Source of the DNA: Octopus sinensis | Taxonomy: Eukaryota | Length of the DNA: 64,000 nucleotides | Reading direction: 5' to 3' | Assembly (NCBI RefSeq): GCF_006345805.1 | Contig: NW_021829832.1 | Span: 248,001-312,000, forward strand | In this document: positions 1-14,700 of the stretch, piece by piece | Layout of the letters: each line of letters begins with the position of its first letter | How positions within the stretch are numbered: position 1 is the stretch's first letter | Notes under the pieces: model-generated | Told to the model about the DNA's origin: nothing | The model's input: the letters and a program-made list of their open reading frames with translations, nothing else | The model's database searches: none | Position numbers and translations under genes: made by a program

Positions 1-2170
1 TTTAAATTAACAAAAAGGAACCCTCGGCTTGTTTCTTCATAAAAGCCTTCTCACACTCATCTGCTTTCCTGACAAGGATTTCGAACTATTCCCTCAAAAC
101 GATTCCACTAACCTGTTCCCGGTGTAATTTAGCCTGGTCCGCCATTTTCTTTTTATCTACCAGTCTTTGGAGACAGAATTGGCCTCCCCCGCTGTAAATC
201 ATTCCAAACAACTTTTTCAGTTTTTTCTAAATATCCCAAGTTTTGACAACCATCGTGGCGGTTCCATAAACACGATACAGCGGCATCACCTCCAACTTCA
301 ACACACGTGGAAACCCGTCGAATTCCCTAAAATAATAAAAACACGCCAAAACAAACAAATCCTCCTTGGTTGTCTTTGGCATTTTACCAAAGTGGAGAAA
401 ATAGGCAAAACGATCCACAAATTGATTCTACTGGCTAAATCATGACACTCCACCGTAATTTGAACTCCGTGATGATTTCCCAACTGGTCATCAATCTCTC
501 TTAGGTTGAACAAATCGACTAGTTTGTCCACGGAGACATACTCATCCTAACATGTTAGAACACCACCCACCTCTTCTAATAATTTTTTCCAAAATATACG
601 ACTTTCTGTCATTGTTTCCACCGGCACTGGATCTGGACATGTTTTGTAAATTTTATCAAACAAGCCTATTTGTTGACGATGGAAAAATACTTTGAATTCG
701 GATTTGTGTTTTTCTTTTATTTCTCTTAGCCAGTTCTTGCCTGGTTACTTCTTTGGTTAAGATATCTGTGGGTTAAGACTGGACATACCTTTTATATCCT
801 CCTCAATTTCCTCTTCTATATTATCAATAAAGTCCAATAACCTTTCCGCATTGCGAGATCTACCAAAATACTCCCCGTTTTCCCAAAATTCCCAAAAGTT
901 GTGGTATCTAGCACTTCTAAACACGGCAAAACCTCCAATCGTTCTATTTCGTCGAAAAATATCGCTGGTTTGATCAATGCTTGCTCGCGTGCTGAACACA
1001 CGCCTACTCAGTGTCCTCGAATTGTCACCATATGAACAATAATTGCCATATTTAGACACATTTTGAGTGTAATCTCCAATCTTTAGAACATCACATCAAA
1101 CCATAAATTCGAGTCAAATCCACGTGACCAAAACTCGAGGAATCTGACTAATTCAATAACACAACCACAAACCGACTCTTTTCGAGATTTCAACCTCTTC
1201 ACTCAATTGCCGGGACATGGAAACCACTGTTTGGTCTTAGAAATGAGAGAATCTACAAAACCACTATTCCGTCCTTCCTCATGGTCTCCTCTTGAGAAAT
1301 CGAATCTACAAATACCACAATTTGTCGTTTTAAACTGTTTAAATAACTTTGATGTGACTGAATGAGTTCTTTCAGTTATTAAAACGTTAATACCAGAATT
1401 CATAGAAGCGATTCTGTCCAATTCCTCAATCAAAACTACGACAAGTTTTGAATCAAAACAAACCACTGGAAGGTGAATCCTCGTCCATAGAAATGTCTGA
1501 AATAACTACATTCCGACACATACCCATATCCTCCTGGAAATCCGGCATCACTGGGCTCTTGGTCTGTCCAGTCCTCGCTGTGTCTGAATTTAATATACAA
1601 ATATAACCAGAGGATGTTGCAGTTCTCATTATCGCAGTATCTCCATAGTCTAAAGTTATAAAAATGTAAAAACTGATAGTTCCACCGTAAGATAGACCGG
1701 GATATGTTTTTTTACTGTTAGAATTCTCCTGTTGATTCGCTGTAGACTTGAGACCTTGGAATAAGAAGATGACATACCCCGTCCTTCCGTGGATGAACCA
1801 TATTCCCCCATTAGGATTGTATTGTTGGACAATTTGTTATTTGATGAAGTCTCGTCAGGGTCACTTCTGTTGTCCTTACTCGAGAGGATAGTGGATGGCA
1901 TATATTTTGAAGAGTGACTGTTGTTTATTAGGCAATAAAGCACCTCAATTGGTCTTTTACAGGCGTGGAATGTTCATGTTCGGTGAAGTTGAGATCAATT
2001 GTTTGGTAGGTGAAGGGTAGTAGATTATTAAAGTCTTTTCTTTCGGGAGATTCCTTAGTGTCGGGATGGAAACTCACTCTTCTTTCAGATTTAAGTACTT
2101 TGGTTTTATTTAAATTTTTCTTAAAAATTATTTTAAGTATTTAAACTTGGGTTTCTTTATTCGGATTCAT
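1..2170 (-). CDS. Multi-exon protein of unknown function, runs off the left edge; possible SH2-like motif at the edge
   Basis: ATG at 2170. Exons can be joined across 23-29 nt GT-AG introns. The last visible residues EECEKAFMKKQAEGSFLL resemble the start of an SH2 domain. Exon phasing is only partly resolved. Confidence 0.55.
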
Positions 2171-2475
2171 AACAAGAGACTAGTTAACAACAAATAGCGC
2201 GTAATTATAATTTATTTTATTAGTAAATTAAATTTATTAATTTTAAAATCACATTATTATAATTAAAGCTCCAAACAATTTAATTTTAATACTATATAAA
2301 AAATCAAGAGTCACAAATAGCGTATTCGACAAGTGCAGTAGAGTGATCACCTTCCAGTCTTTGTTTAGACAAATTAAAATGTTCAACAAGACAATAGAAT
2401 TAATAAAACTTTAATTATTTAAAATAAAAATATTATTAAATATTAAAAAAATAATTAAACACGTTTAAATAATAA

Positions 2476-3037
2476 ATGGTTTGTGGTGCATTTCTATTAT
2501 ATCATAGTCCCTAGTAATCACAGAAGACTTCCAGCACATAATTCGTTTGTGCAACTCAAACATCCAAGGAAAGAGGAAGATCGTCCACGCCCTAATCGGA
2601 ATAAAAGTACCCCAACCACTCACTCCCAGGGAGTCGGACGTAGAATTGCCTACGCAGTCTGTAGACTGGCCAAAGTGGACATGACTAAGCGTGCAGGGGA
2701 AATGAATCCCGACGAGGTCCCCGAACTGGCTGATTCCGTAGCTCAAGAACATAGCCGACATTCTGAGTGACCCCGTGAAGTATGGCCTCCCCGAATGGAT
2801 GTGCAATCGGAGGAAAGACCCCAAGGACGGCACCACAAGCCAGGCGTTGGCCGATAAGCTGGAAATCAAATTCCGGGAGGATTGTGAGGTTATGAGGAGG
2901 TCGGGCTGTCATCGATCCTTCCGTCACCGTTTTGGGTCCTTCTGCTCTCCTCACTCTCTAGACTCCGAATGCGTGGTCAGCAGACCAGGACAACTGGCAG
3001 GAAGGGTCGCACTGTCGGTGTTATAAGGAAGAAATAA
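2476..3037 (+). CDS. RPS18: 40S ribosomal protein S18
   Basis: Removing 29, 23, 25 and 26 nt introns gives MSLVITEDFQHIIRL...KGVGRR...KRAGE...GLRMRGQQTRTTGRKGRTVGVIRKK. The coding part of exon 1 is only ATG. Confidence 0.97.
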
Positions 3038-3082
3038 TTTGTTTTGGTTTTTTTTAGTCAAAAATGATGTTTTAATAGGAAA

Positions 3083-3442
3083 TTAGTGAATTATTGAATT
3101 TAAGGGTTCTGCACGGAGGGTTAGTTGAGGGTCGAGTTCTTCGTCTACTCCGGCGACGATGGCACTGGGAAATGAGTTGGGACTTACACATTGTCCCCGC
3201 GGATTATGTAGAGTCCCAGAATTACTTCTTCTATGTCTTTTTCAGAGCTGAATATGCGTTCGTAGCTGTCGTTTAGGACTAGATTTATTGTTTGGTCGTA
3301 GCCTATGAGGATTCCCTGGGTAATGAGCGGGGGGGTTAACCATTATTATTCGGCCGTCTGAGGTTACTACACATACTTTCTCTATTACAAATTTATGTAA
3401 ATAAAATATACGATTTTTGTATTTCTCAAGGGTAGACGACAT
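3083..3442 (-). CDS. LSM8: U6 snRNA-associated Sm-like protein LSm8
   Basis: Removing 30, 25 and 23 nt introns gives MSSTLEKYKN...VCVVTSDGRIIMGILIGYDQTINLVL...LGLYIIRGDNVAIVAGVDEELD...RAEPLNSIIH. Confidence 0.93.
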
Positions 3443-3685
3443 AACAAGAAAACTCGTGTTTAAAAATGTTTATTTAATTATTCTTATTAAAAATATATAT
3501 AATATATTTAAATAAAGAAAACATTTTTTAATTTATTATGATATTACTCATAAGTTTTGGATTACTCACTAATAATATTAGATTTCTATATAAACAGCTC
3601 AAAAAATAAATAGCTCAGAATAAATTTTATATTATTAAAAATTTTAATTTTATTATTTAATTTAAATCAATAAATAGTATTCTCT

Positions 3686-4313
3686 ATGGCAACAATGACT
3701 TCAACATTGCAGTCTGCTTCTCGCCTTGACTATTCATTCAGAGATTTTGCATCCCTTTCTGGTTTTATACACGTAAAAAAGCCAAAATAGACAGCACAAA
3801 AAATGACCCAAGAACACCCCCAGGAGCAAAAAAAATCTTGAAAACTGAGGGAAAATGGGTCTCCAAGTCAGTCTCCTTCAGCAACAACTGCATCTCCACC
3901 ATGGAAGAACTCCCCTCAGTCATATCCCAACTTCTGGCATATCCCAGCGAACTAACATGGCTGGATCTTTCCTTCAACCGAATATCGTCAATCTTGCCTG
4001 TTTTATTCCCAAATGTTCATTTCCAGTTATTTTCTGATTTTCCGAATTTGTATATTTTGTATCTTCACGGAAACGAGTTGTCGAGTGAATCCGACCTGAA
4101 ACACCTCAGTGACATCAGGTCTCTTCGAAATTTAACTTTGCACGGAAACAAGATCTGTGAGTTGGAGGTATGTGGGCTGTTTCACCGTTTTAGGGGTATC
4201 GAGAAAAGGTTTTGTGCAGACTACCGCAGCTGAAAAAGTTGGATTTTACGACTATTACTTCAAAAGAGCGACAAAATGCTGAAATTTGGATAAAATTGAA
4301 TTCTAAAAAATAA
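3686..4313 (+). CDS. LRRC51: Leucine-rich repeat protein 51 (ciliary)
   Basis: Motifs LDYSFR, WLDLSFN, LYLHGN, LTLHGN and GYREKVLCRLPQLKKLDF; three introns of 29, 27 and 26 nt. Confidence 0.85.
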
Positions 4314-4667
4314 ATATTAAAAAATCGATTAAAATTTATTTAATAATAAAATTGTGACCTTTTCTAGTCCATTGCTATTTTTTTACCCCGAGAGTGACAG
4401 TTGGATATTTTTAAAAGCTATTCAAGTCGGGATTTATAAATAACATCTCTTAGTAAGATCGTATGGAAGCGAATTACTATTCCTGGCTATTGAAGACGAC
4501 TGCTTGTTCATGTCGGATTAAAAGTGTCTTTTATTTTTGTTTGATGAATAAATTTTATGATGAAATTTTACATTCTGATTTAGGAGATATTATATGAATA
4601 GTTCATTATTTGATTAATTTAAAAGACAAGTTCATTTGTTATAATTAAGAACATATATTAATTGTAA

Positions 4668-5726
4668 TTAATAGGTTTTAGTATTTACATCTATTTGATC
4701 GGGAATTAAGCTATCAGGTTTTCGATTTCGACAATGACAAAATATTGCTGTGATTAATTTAATAGCAAAGAGGACAGTTCCACTCGCCAGAATTGCGATC
4801 TGCAGATTGTACTGCTCAGGCCACGTTCCAGCGTAGTACCGAGGACATTCTAAAAGTAGGGCGGATCCGACAAAAACTACACAAAGGTAGTGTGAAATAG
4901 AATTTTTGAAGAAGCGACTCAAAAATATCATTTCAATCAAAAAAACGATGTAAATCCACGTTAAATACGAGACTGCGAAAATAATTGCAGATTTTTCTGA
5001 ATACTGACTTTGCCGTTGCTGCAGAGCTGCAGCAAGACATGTTAGTCCAAGAAAAGTCGTCCAAGATGTGAGAAAAGCCATTCCATTTATCCCAAATACT
5101 CGTAAAAACCAAACGTCTTGATTTCTGTCAATATCAACAAGTGTTTGTCTGCATTTTTCAGTACGAAAGGCAATGAGAGAATAATTAATAATAGCAAGAA
5201 CGGCGATCAAAAATGCAAGTACTGACAATACAAGATACTCCTCAAACCGGGAAAACCAAAAAAAATAATCGTCAAAACACATTTCAGAATTATCAAACAA
5301 TAGTTGATTAAACTCAAAAAACCACATTTTGTGTATCGGTACAAAAAAATTTGTTTCTCAACGTTCACAGTCCTGTAGAAAGTAGAAAAGTCAAATCCTA
5401 GAAAGAGGGTTAACCAAACGCAGCTGATGACCCACATGTAATCTATCCAACTTTGAGGCGCATATAAATTCTGTTTTGTACATTTTCTATTAGCTTCAGC
5501 AATCGCCTTTGAGATATTTGGTTTATAAATGATAAAAAAGACACAGGCGATTACGATCAAAACCACCGCAATTGATCCGAGTATTTCTAAATGGGTTGAC
5601 CTTATTCTTTTTTTCTGATATTTGAGAAAAGTATGGTTACCTTTTCAAACACCTCCATTTCCAGCGAAACAGTGTAGGACTAATTTAAAGAGAGTTAACC
5701 GCCGTTAAATTCTTGATAGTTGTCAT
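4668..5726 (-). CDS. Uncharacterised multi-pass membrane protein; frame join unresolved near 5258-5265
   Basis: Two overlapping hydrophobic ORFs (4668-5327, 5207-5566) plus two spliced 5' exons. The motif WFLRVFGINGMAFLTSWTTF resembles an uncharacterised animal membrane family. Confidence 0.6.
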
Positions 5727-6229
5727 TTTATCAACTAATTTTATTTAATCAGAAACAATTAGAACCACTGACTTAATCATTTTCTCCCCAAACCTAAAAG
5801 TCTTAATTGTAGTAGTGACATCGAAGACACTTGTTTTACAAACAACAATTGATTTTTAATTAAATAAACCATGAAAACTCCTTGGTATTTGTGGTCTAAT
5901 TTAATTGTCATTAATAAATGTATCACCAAATCCATTTGCTTCGGTTATTTTTAAAGCCGGAAAAATATTTCAAATAAAGTTTGAAAATTAAATTTGTACT
6001 CAGAAAGCTTTGATTTTAACCAACAGTAAATGAAAATATTTTAATTTAGTTAGTTAAAAGCTCTTTCTAGTTTCCCTAGAAATGTTTTGCTTGAGCCATG
6101 CTTAGAGCCATCCTCCCTGGCATCTTCGCCCACGCTCTTTTGTTTCTGGAATTTATTAATAATTAAGATAATTAAAAATTCACATATTAATTAATTAAAC
6201 TTCTCTTTCTGGTCGCTACATCCTCTATT

Positions 6230-7000
6230 CGCAAAGTGATTCAGGTAAGCAAGTCCGCCTCTTTCCCTTCGAGGTACAGACAGGCACTGTTGATGTTGAA
6301 GACACACTTATTTTGTAATAAATCTCGTTTATTCTTTTGTCCAGTTCAAGCGTTCTGTTTTTATAAGAAACAATCGTGCTCTCAAGGGTTTTCTTTATGA
6401 TGAGTGATCCAATGTATACCTGCGTTCTTTCACTGATGTTAAGCGAACGTGCATATTGTAGGAATTTTTAAGTAACCAGCCATTCCCATGTACTATTTTC
6501 ACTCTCGCATGATAGATTAATTCCAGCTCTTTGGATAGGAGGTCATATTTTCTAATTTTTTCGATCTCAACTTGCTTGGGAAGATGTTATCCCAACTTCT
6601 ACCAACAAAATTTGATTCTTTATATTGTCGAAAACAAACAAATTGGGTTTTTTATGTTGATGTCGGTCTTTATAAATGTGTTCACTATTATTTTAACCAA
6701 ATGAGTTTTTTCCTGCACTTTGGCCTGAAGAATCGAAAACCTTTTTTTTACAGATACCACTTCGGTTTTTTAAGTCCGTAAGGAATCCAAAAAGCATCCG
6801 TTCACTTAGAAGAGAAATTGAGCTCAATCCTCTTCCAAAATTGTTACGGGGGAGGTATAATCTCTGTTTGTTCGCCAGTCGAAGGTGTATCTTGTATTCT
6901 ATTAATTGTGCCCGGATCGTATTTCCACCATTTTATATTCAAATGGCTCAATATCGACTAATCCAATGTAACAGGAAATTGTTTGAGTAATATTTCAATA
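6230..7000 (-). mobile_element. Degenerate non-LTR retrotransposon 3' part (R4/Dong-like, RLE type)
   Basis: Frameshifted peptides RLYLPRNNFGRGL, ILLVEVGITS, KLRKYDLLSKEL and IGSLIIKKTLES. Confidence 0.65.
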
Positions 7001-7186
7001 GTCCAGTCAGATTCAACTTTGATCTCTGGAGAAGTACGTCAACTCCAAAATTATCCCTAAAGATTTCCCGAACTATTCCTATTTGAGGACCTCGCTAAGG
7101 CAATCATGCAAAAGTGACTTGTTTAATATGAATTGGATAATCAATTTACAAAAATGTTATACATTATTTAATGAATAAATATTTAA

Positions 7187-9836
<2,650 letters not shown>

Positions 9837-10355
9837 TCATCCTGGATAATTTAATAGATTGTTTACAGTTTATAATTTTTAAACAAAATATTAAAAATTT
9901 CACTCTTTCATTCTACCAGTAAATTAAAATAGAGCAATCAATCACGGATATAATGATTGAACATTTTTACAAAGTTAAGAAAAAAATATGCTTTTTAATG
10001 CTTTATCAATTCTTTTTCAGTGGCTTACATAAATTCTGTCATTGACTATTGCTTTATTTTAACTTATCAGAAAGAAACTTCGACGTTAAAAATATGTGGT
10101 TTTCTATCAGTCCTTAACTTGATAAATTTTGAATATGCAGAAACTATTTCATTTTAAGAAGGATCGCTAATTCAAATCAATGAAAATCCTTGAACAAATA
10201 AAATTCGATAGTATCTGTTTTAATATAGTAAATCTAATATCGAAACATATTTTTAATTTCAAAAGAAACACATAAAATAGGTTTATACAAAAATATTACC
10301 CATATGAAAAATTTATCATTTTAACAGATACTACAAATTAATGTATTCAATAAAG

Positions 10356-10922
10356 TCAATTTTTGAAAAAATTGGGGTCTTTGGTGATTTTGGTCATCAG
10401 AGTATTAGTCCATTGCTTGAATCTTTCTATCGGAATGTAGCCGTTAAAGTCGACAAAAGAATAAATATAATTCTCCAAATGAGTCAGCAACTTCTGTGCC
10501 ACTCCCTGAATGTCGTTGATTGTAGGACATGTGTTGATAGCCACACTGGGAGTAAAATTGACTACCTCGTTAATCTTGGAGACCGTGATTTGAAGTCGTG
10601 CGACTTTTGGAAAATGAGGATTTTCCTTGGAGTAAATAAGTTTCGACAAATTGAAAATATTGCTTGGATGATGGTTAGCAATTGCTCCCAAAAAGTGCTG
10701 GTTCAGGCCCTCTACGTCGGGCAGGATTAAATAAATTGATCCACAGAGTCCTTCGGGAAATAGTACTTGGCCGGTCATGAAGACAACAAGTTGTTCAGCC
10801 AAATGAATTCCATCAATTTCGGTCAAAAAATTATTGGGATCGATTTGTTCAAAATTCACAAATAACTAGAAAGAATAACTTTTATTATATACCTGTCGAC
10901 CTGGAATTATATATCCGAACAT
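10356..10922 (-). CDS. HIKESHI: Hikeshi (Hsp70 nuclear import carrier, Opi10 family)
   Basis: MFGYIIPGRQ, a 27-nt intron, then VVFMTGQVLFPEGLCGSIY...ANHHPSNIF...KDPNFFKN. Confidence 0.85.
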
Positions 10923-11259
10923 TAACAACACGTTATAAATAATAATTTTTTAAAATATAATAAAATTTGAATTTTTATAAATATTTGATATTTTCCGAAC
11001 TAATAAATATTCAAGATTAAAATTTGGAGTGACTTTAGTCTATTCTTTATAATGGTGTATGCGAGCATTATCTATCATCATAAATAATAGATTATTTCAA
11101 CGGTAGTATCAATATTTTCCCTTGGTATATTTGCACAATTTGTTTCAGTGTATAGTAAAAGTCTTTAAGATATCTTTAATTGTATCAGACTGATCCAATA
11201 TTGAGAAAACAACCCGTCTTTTAACTTAATCGACCAAACCAAAAATGTTTTGCTTGTGT

Positions 11260-11440
11260 AAATAATTTCGAGGTTTGCTCTCAAAATCTTTGGATTTCCT
11301 CCATTGACAAAGGATTCTGTTTATTGAGGCATATTTAGATAGTCACTTATTTCTTTGTTAGATTTTCCATTAATTGAATGTTCAACAATAAGTTTTTTAA
11401 TTGAAAGGGATGTTGTATTTCGTTTTTTCTATATTTAGCT
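11260..11440 (-). mobile_element. Tc1-like transposase N-terminal HTH remnant
   Basis: KKLIVEHSINGKSNKEISDYLNMP..INRILCQWRKSKDFESKPR with a frameshift. Confidence 0.4.
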
Positions 11441-11784
11441 CTTACTTTAACAGAGTTTTTCACAAAACGTTAAAGCTTGCTTATATGCAGTTTAAGAATT
11501 ATGCTTGAAGAATCAACACTAACGTTAAAGCTCGGAAAATCCTATAAGTAAAATTTAAAATACTGACAAATATTAATCTTAACGTCATCAATTCTTGGAG
11601 ATTATTTAAGAAACGTATTCAGTTGTCGATTAAGTCAGTCACCTGTCAGTCAGGAGTTTATTCCTTAACTGTATTGATAAAATCCTTAAAGTATAAATCT
11701 ATAAACAAAGTTCATCAAACTATGCAAGCATTTGCTTAGTGTTAAAAATTATTTAAAAATATTGAGTGTTATTAATTGGTCAAT

Positions 11785-14700
11785 TTAGGTGTTAAGATCT
11801 TGAAGTAATTCTATAAAAGTTGCCATACTCCAAGCTTGTATCCGACAACTTGGGGCACAAAACTTGGAAAAATAATAATTAACATTTTACAGTTCCATTC
11901 TCATTAGTTAACTCGTCCAAACCACACCAATCGGATTCATTCAATGCGTTGTAATGATTTAGAATATATTTTTTAATACTTTCCTGAGTAGCCCTGACGA
12001 TTCCAGGATTTTTAGTCTCCATCATTTTAGCCACGGTCATTTTTGCCCGTAAAAAAACTCCACAAATCCAAATCCACTCCTAAATAAAATATAATCCACG
12101 AGATATAACAGGTCCCTGATGGTAATTAAATCCACAAGACAGTTTCGGGTCTGTAGAAACGTCAGAATTATATATTCCATTATAATTCCAATCCCTAAAC
12201 ACGGAATATCACACTTTAAAAACTCGGGGTCCAATGTCTTTATTCCAAGAGAGCTCAATAATTTATCTTCTACAATTTGCAGGGCATTCCAGGCATTGAG
12301 AGGTTCAAATAGTTCAGGAGCCTATTTTTATAATCAAAACATATTCAAACATGAACTATAGACAAACAAAAATTTGGACGAAGCTGATAGTCTGGCCAAC
12401 ATTGGACACTCCCGAGACAGTCTTTGTAAATGCCGCGTCTGAAAACGTGGACTGAGTCGTCCACGGAGTCTGGCGAAATATAAAACGATTTTTCAAAATT
12501 TTCCTTAATTTTCTGAGCCCAGTCAGACCAAGACCAGACAAGTTTAGTGTCTAAATAATCTGACACATCCAAACCACTATCAACGTCCATCTCGACTCCA
12601 CTGTAAGGATATTTTCCGTGAGAATAAAGCGTGGCCAACCAATTTACAGTCGAAAAACACAATCCCACTAATTCAACTGCCGACCCATCTCTCAAAAACT
12701 CAAACTAAAAAGTACCGAGGACTGGCTGGAATTCCTTTATTGCCAGATAGCTCACATGAGCCCATTTTATCCATCCACGTGCCACAGTTGAAGGAATTGC
12801 CTCCAAACACAAAACCAGTCGATTTTGATATTCCGGCGGTAACATTGAATCCTAGAAAAATCCACAAACTAAACATACCCTCAGAACTCATATTCTCGTC
12901 AATTTTCGGTCCCGCGTTTAATTCACGGAAGGAAATCCCAACAAAATGTCGAGTCAGTGTTTCTTGTATTGTGTCACAGAGACGTTGAATCTTTTCAAAT
13001 CATGATTATATAATTACTTGTGGTTCCTGGCCTTGTTCGTCTAAAGGATAAAGTCGAAGAACGGGATCGTATAGAATATCGAGTCCCACGTCTTTCCGTG
13101 AACGAATGTAGTCCTGAATGGCCTGTAGCCAATACCAAACCGCATCCCGAGCATTATATCGACAGCACACACCCTCTCCAAGTAAATTTGGAATTAGTCC
13201 ATGGCGAAGTGTCCCTGCATATCCAAGGATAGTAGCTCTACCGTTTAATACTATTAAAAACCTAGCTTCTTCAAACCTCCCAGTAAGGAGTAGTAGTCCC
13301 CGCAAAGATATAAACGTGTCCCGTCCCCAATTTCGAAATATCCCATTAGAAAAATGCGGAAAACCTTGAGATTTCGATAACAGTCGAAAAAACCTGCCGC
13401 CAAACTTGGCCGATTATCCAAGGAAACGGCGAGTGGGGGAAGACCCGAGCCTTCGACCTCCCCAAAAAGAGCAATGGAGCCCAACTTTAGCATCTTCATG
13501 AACTCCCCATCATGTGGCCCGTTATAACTAGTAAGAAATACGTAACTAGTCCAAACCATTTCAGCATAATGTGACACCGCCTTATAATAAGTCCATAAAG
13601 ACCTGATATGACGTAGAAATACCTCGAAGGTACCGCGGATCTTGGGAATTCTGAGATCACATCAATCACCCTCTTCAACCAATCAGCAATCTAATATGTA
13701 TGTTGCAGGAACAAACCACTGTGAACCCCAGGTTAGAGAGTCTATTAACGGTGTGGTACATAAGCCAATTTCCATGTCTCAGATTACAGCAAAGAGGGTG
13801 TGTTTGGTCGTTAGAAAGCACGATTTTATTAATCAAACTGATTTGGCCTAAAGATTCAAGCTGCATTAAAATGCCTTGGAGTCCGTTATAGACGAAGGGC
13901 CCGTAATTTGGAATATCGTAGGAATTTGAACAAATTTCTTCAGAGCGATATCGGAATAGAATTTTATTCATGTCCAAAAGAGACAAAGTGGCAATATAAT
14001 TCTCCAATTCAGCAGTTTTGGAAAATAAAAAATCCTTTGAAGTCCCAAAAATTTTTGTTTGCAGATTCAAAAGGTCGGCTGGCATGTCGACTCTATAAAC
14101 TGTTAGATTTGCAAATTATTACTTACCGAAACACGACGACAGAACCTTGTCTGAAATTAGAACTCAATTTAATCGAGTTTTGTCCTTCAAACATAGAAAT
14201 TTCCAACATTTTTGAATCATCGGGAGAGATGTCTGTTGCACAGGCTACACTGATGTTAGCAAGTCCATTAATATAAGACTCGTTCTGAACAAAAGTATAG
14301 TTATCCTTAAAATCCTCAGACACCGACGCCTCCAAAAGTATTTTTGACACATTTCCTAACAAAAACTGCCAATTTGTGAACCTTGAACGAGCAAAGGCGC
14401 ATTCGGTAATTCATGTCGGTCTCTCCGATCGAATGAGTTATAAGCTATCATTATGACAGTGTTCAGGCTTTTAGAGGACCGACGTGTAATGGCGACAATA
14501 TCACAAGTCATGCTATCCACAAAAATCTAAAAACAATTTAAAATGATTAAACTTCGTCATAGCCTTCAATGCTAAGGAAATTGTGAAGAAAATTTAATAT
14601 TCGTCGACATCGGTAGAGATTTGACGTATTGCCACAACCAACGTCATAAAGTCGCTTTTCTGAAACAATGTCAATCTTGAAAATAAAATAGAAAATCAAC

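Noticed and set aside
945-975. 16-nt intron in the first gene
   Set aside because: A 25-nt GT-AG intron slightly upstream gives the same frame change.
2465-2954. Antisense ORFs over RPS18 and similar antisense ORFs over other genes
   Set aside because: They are shadows of real coding exons with no homology.
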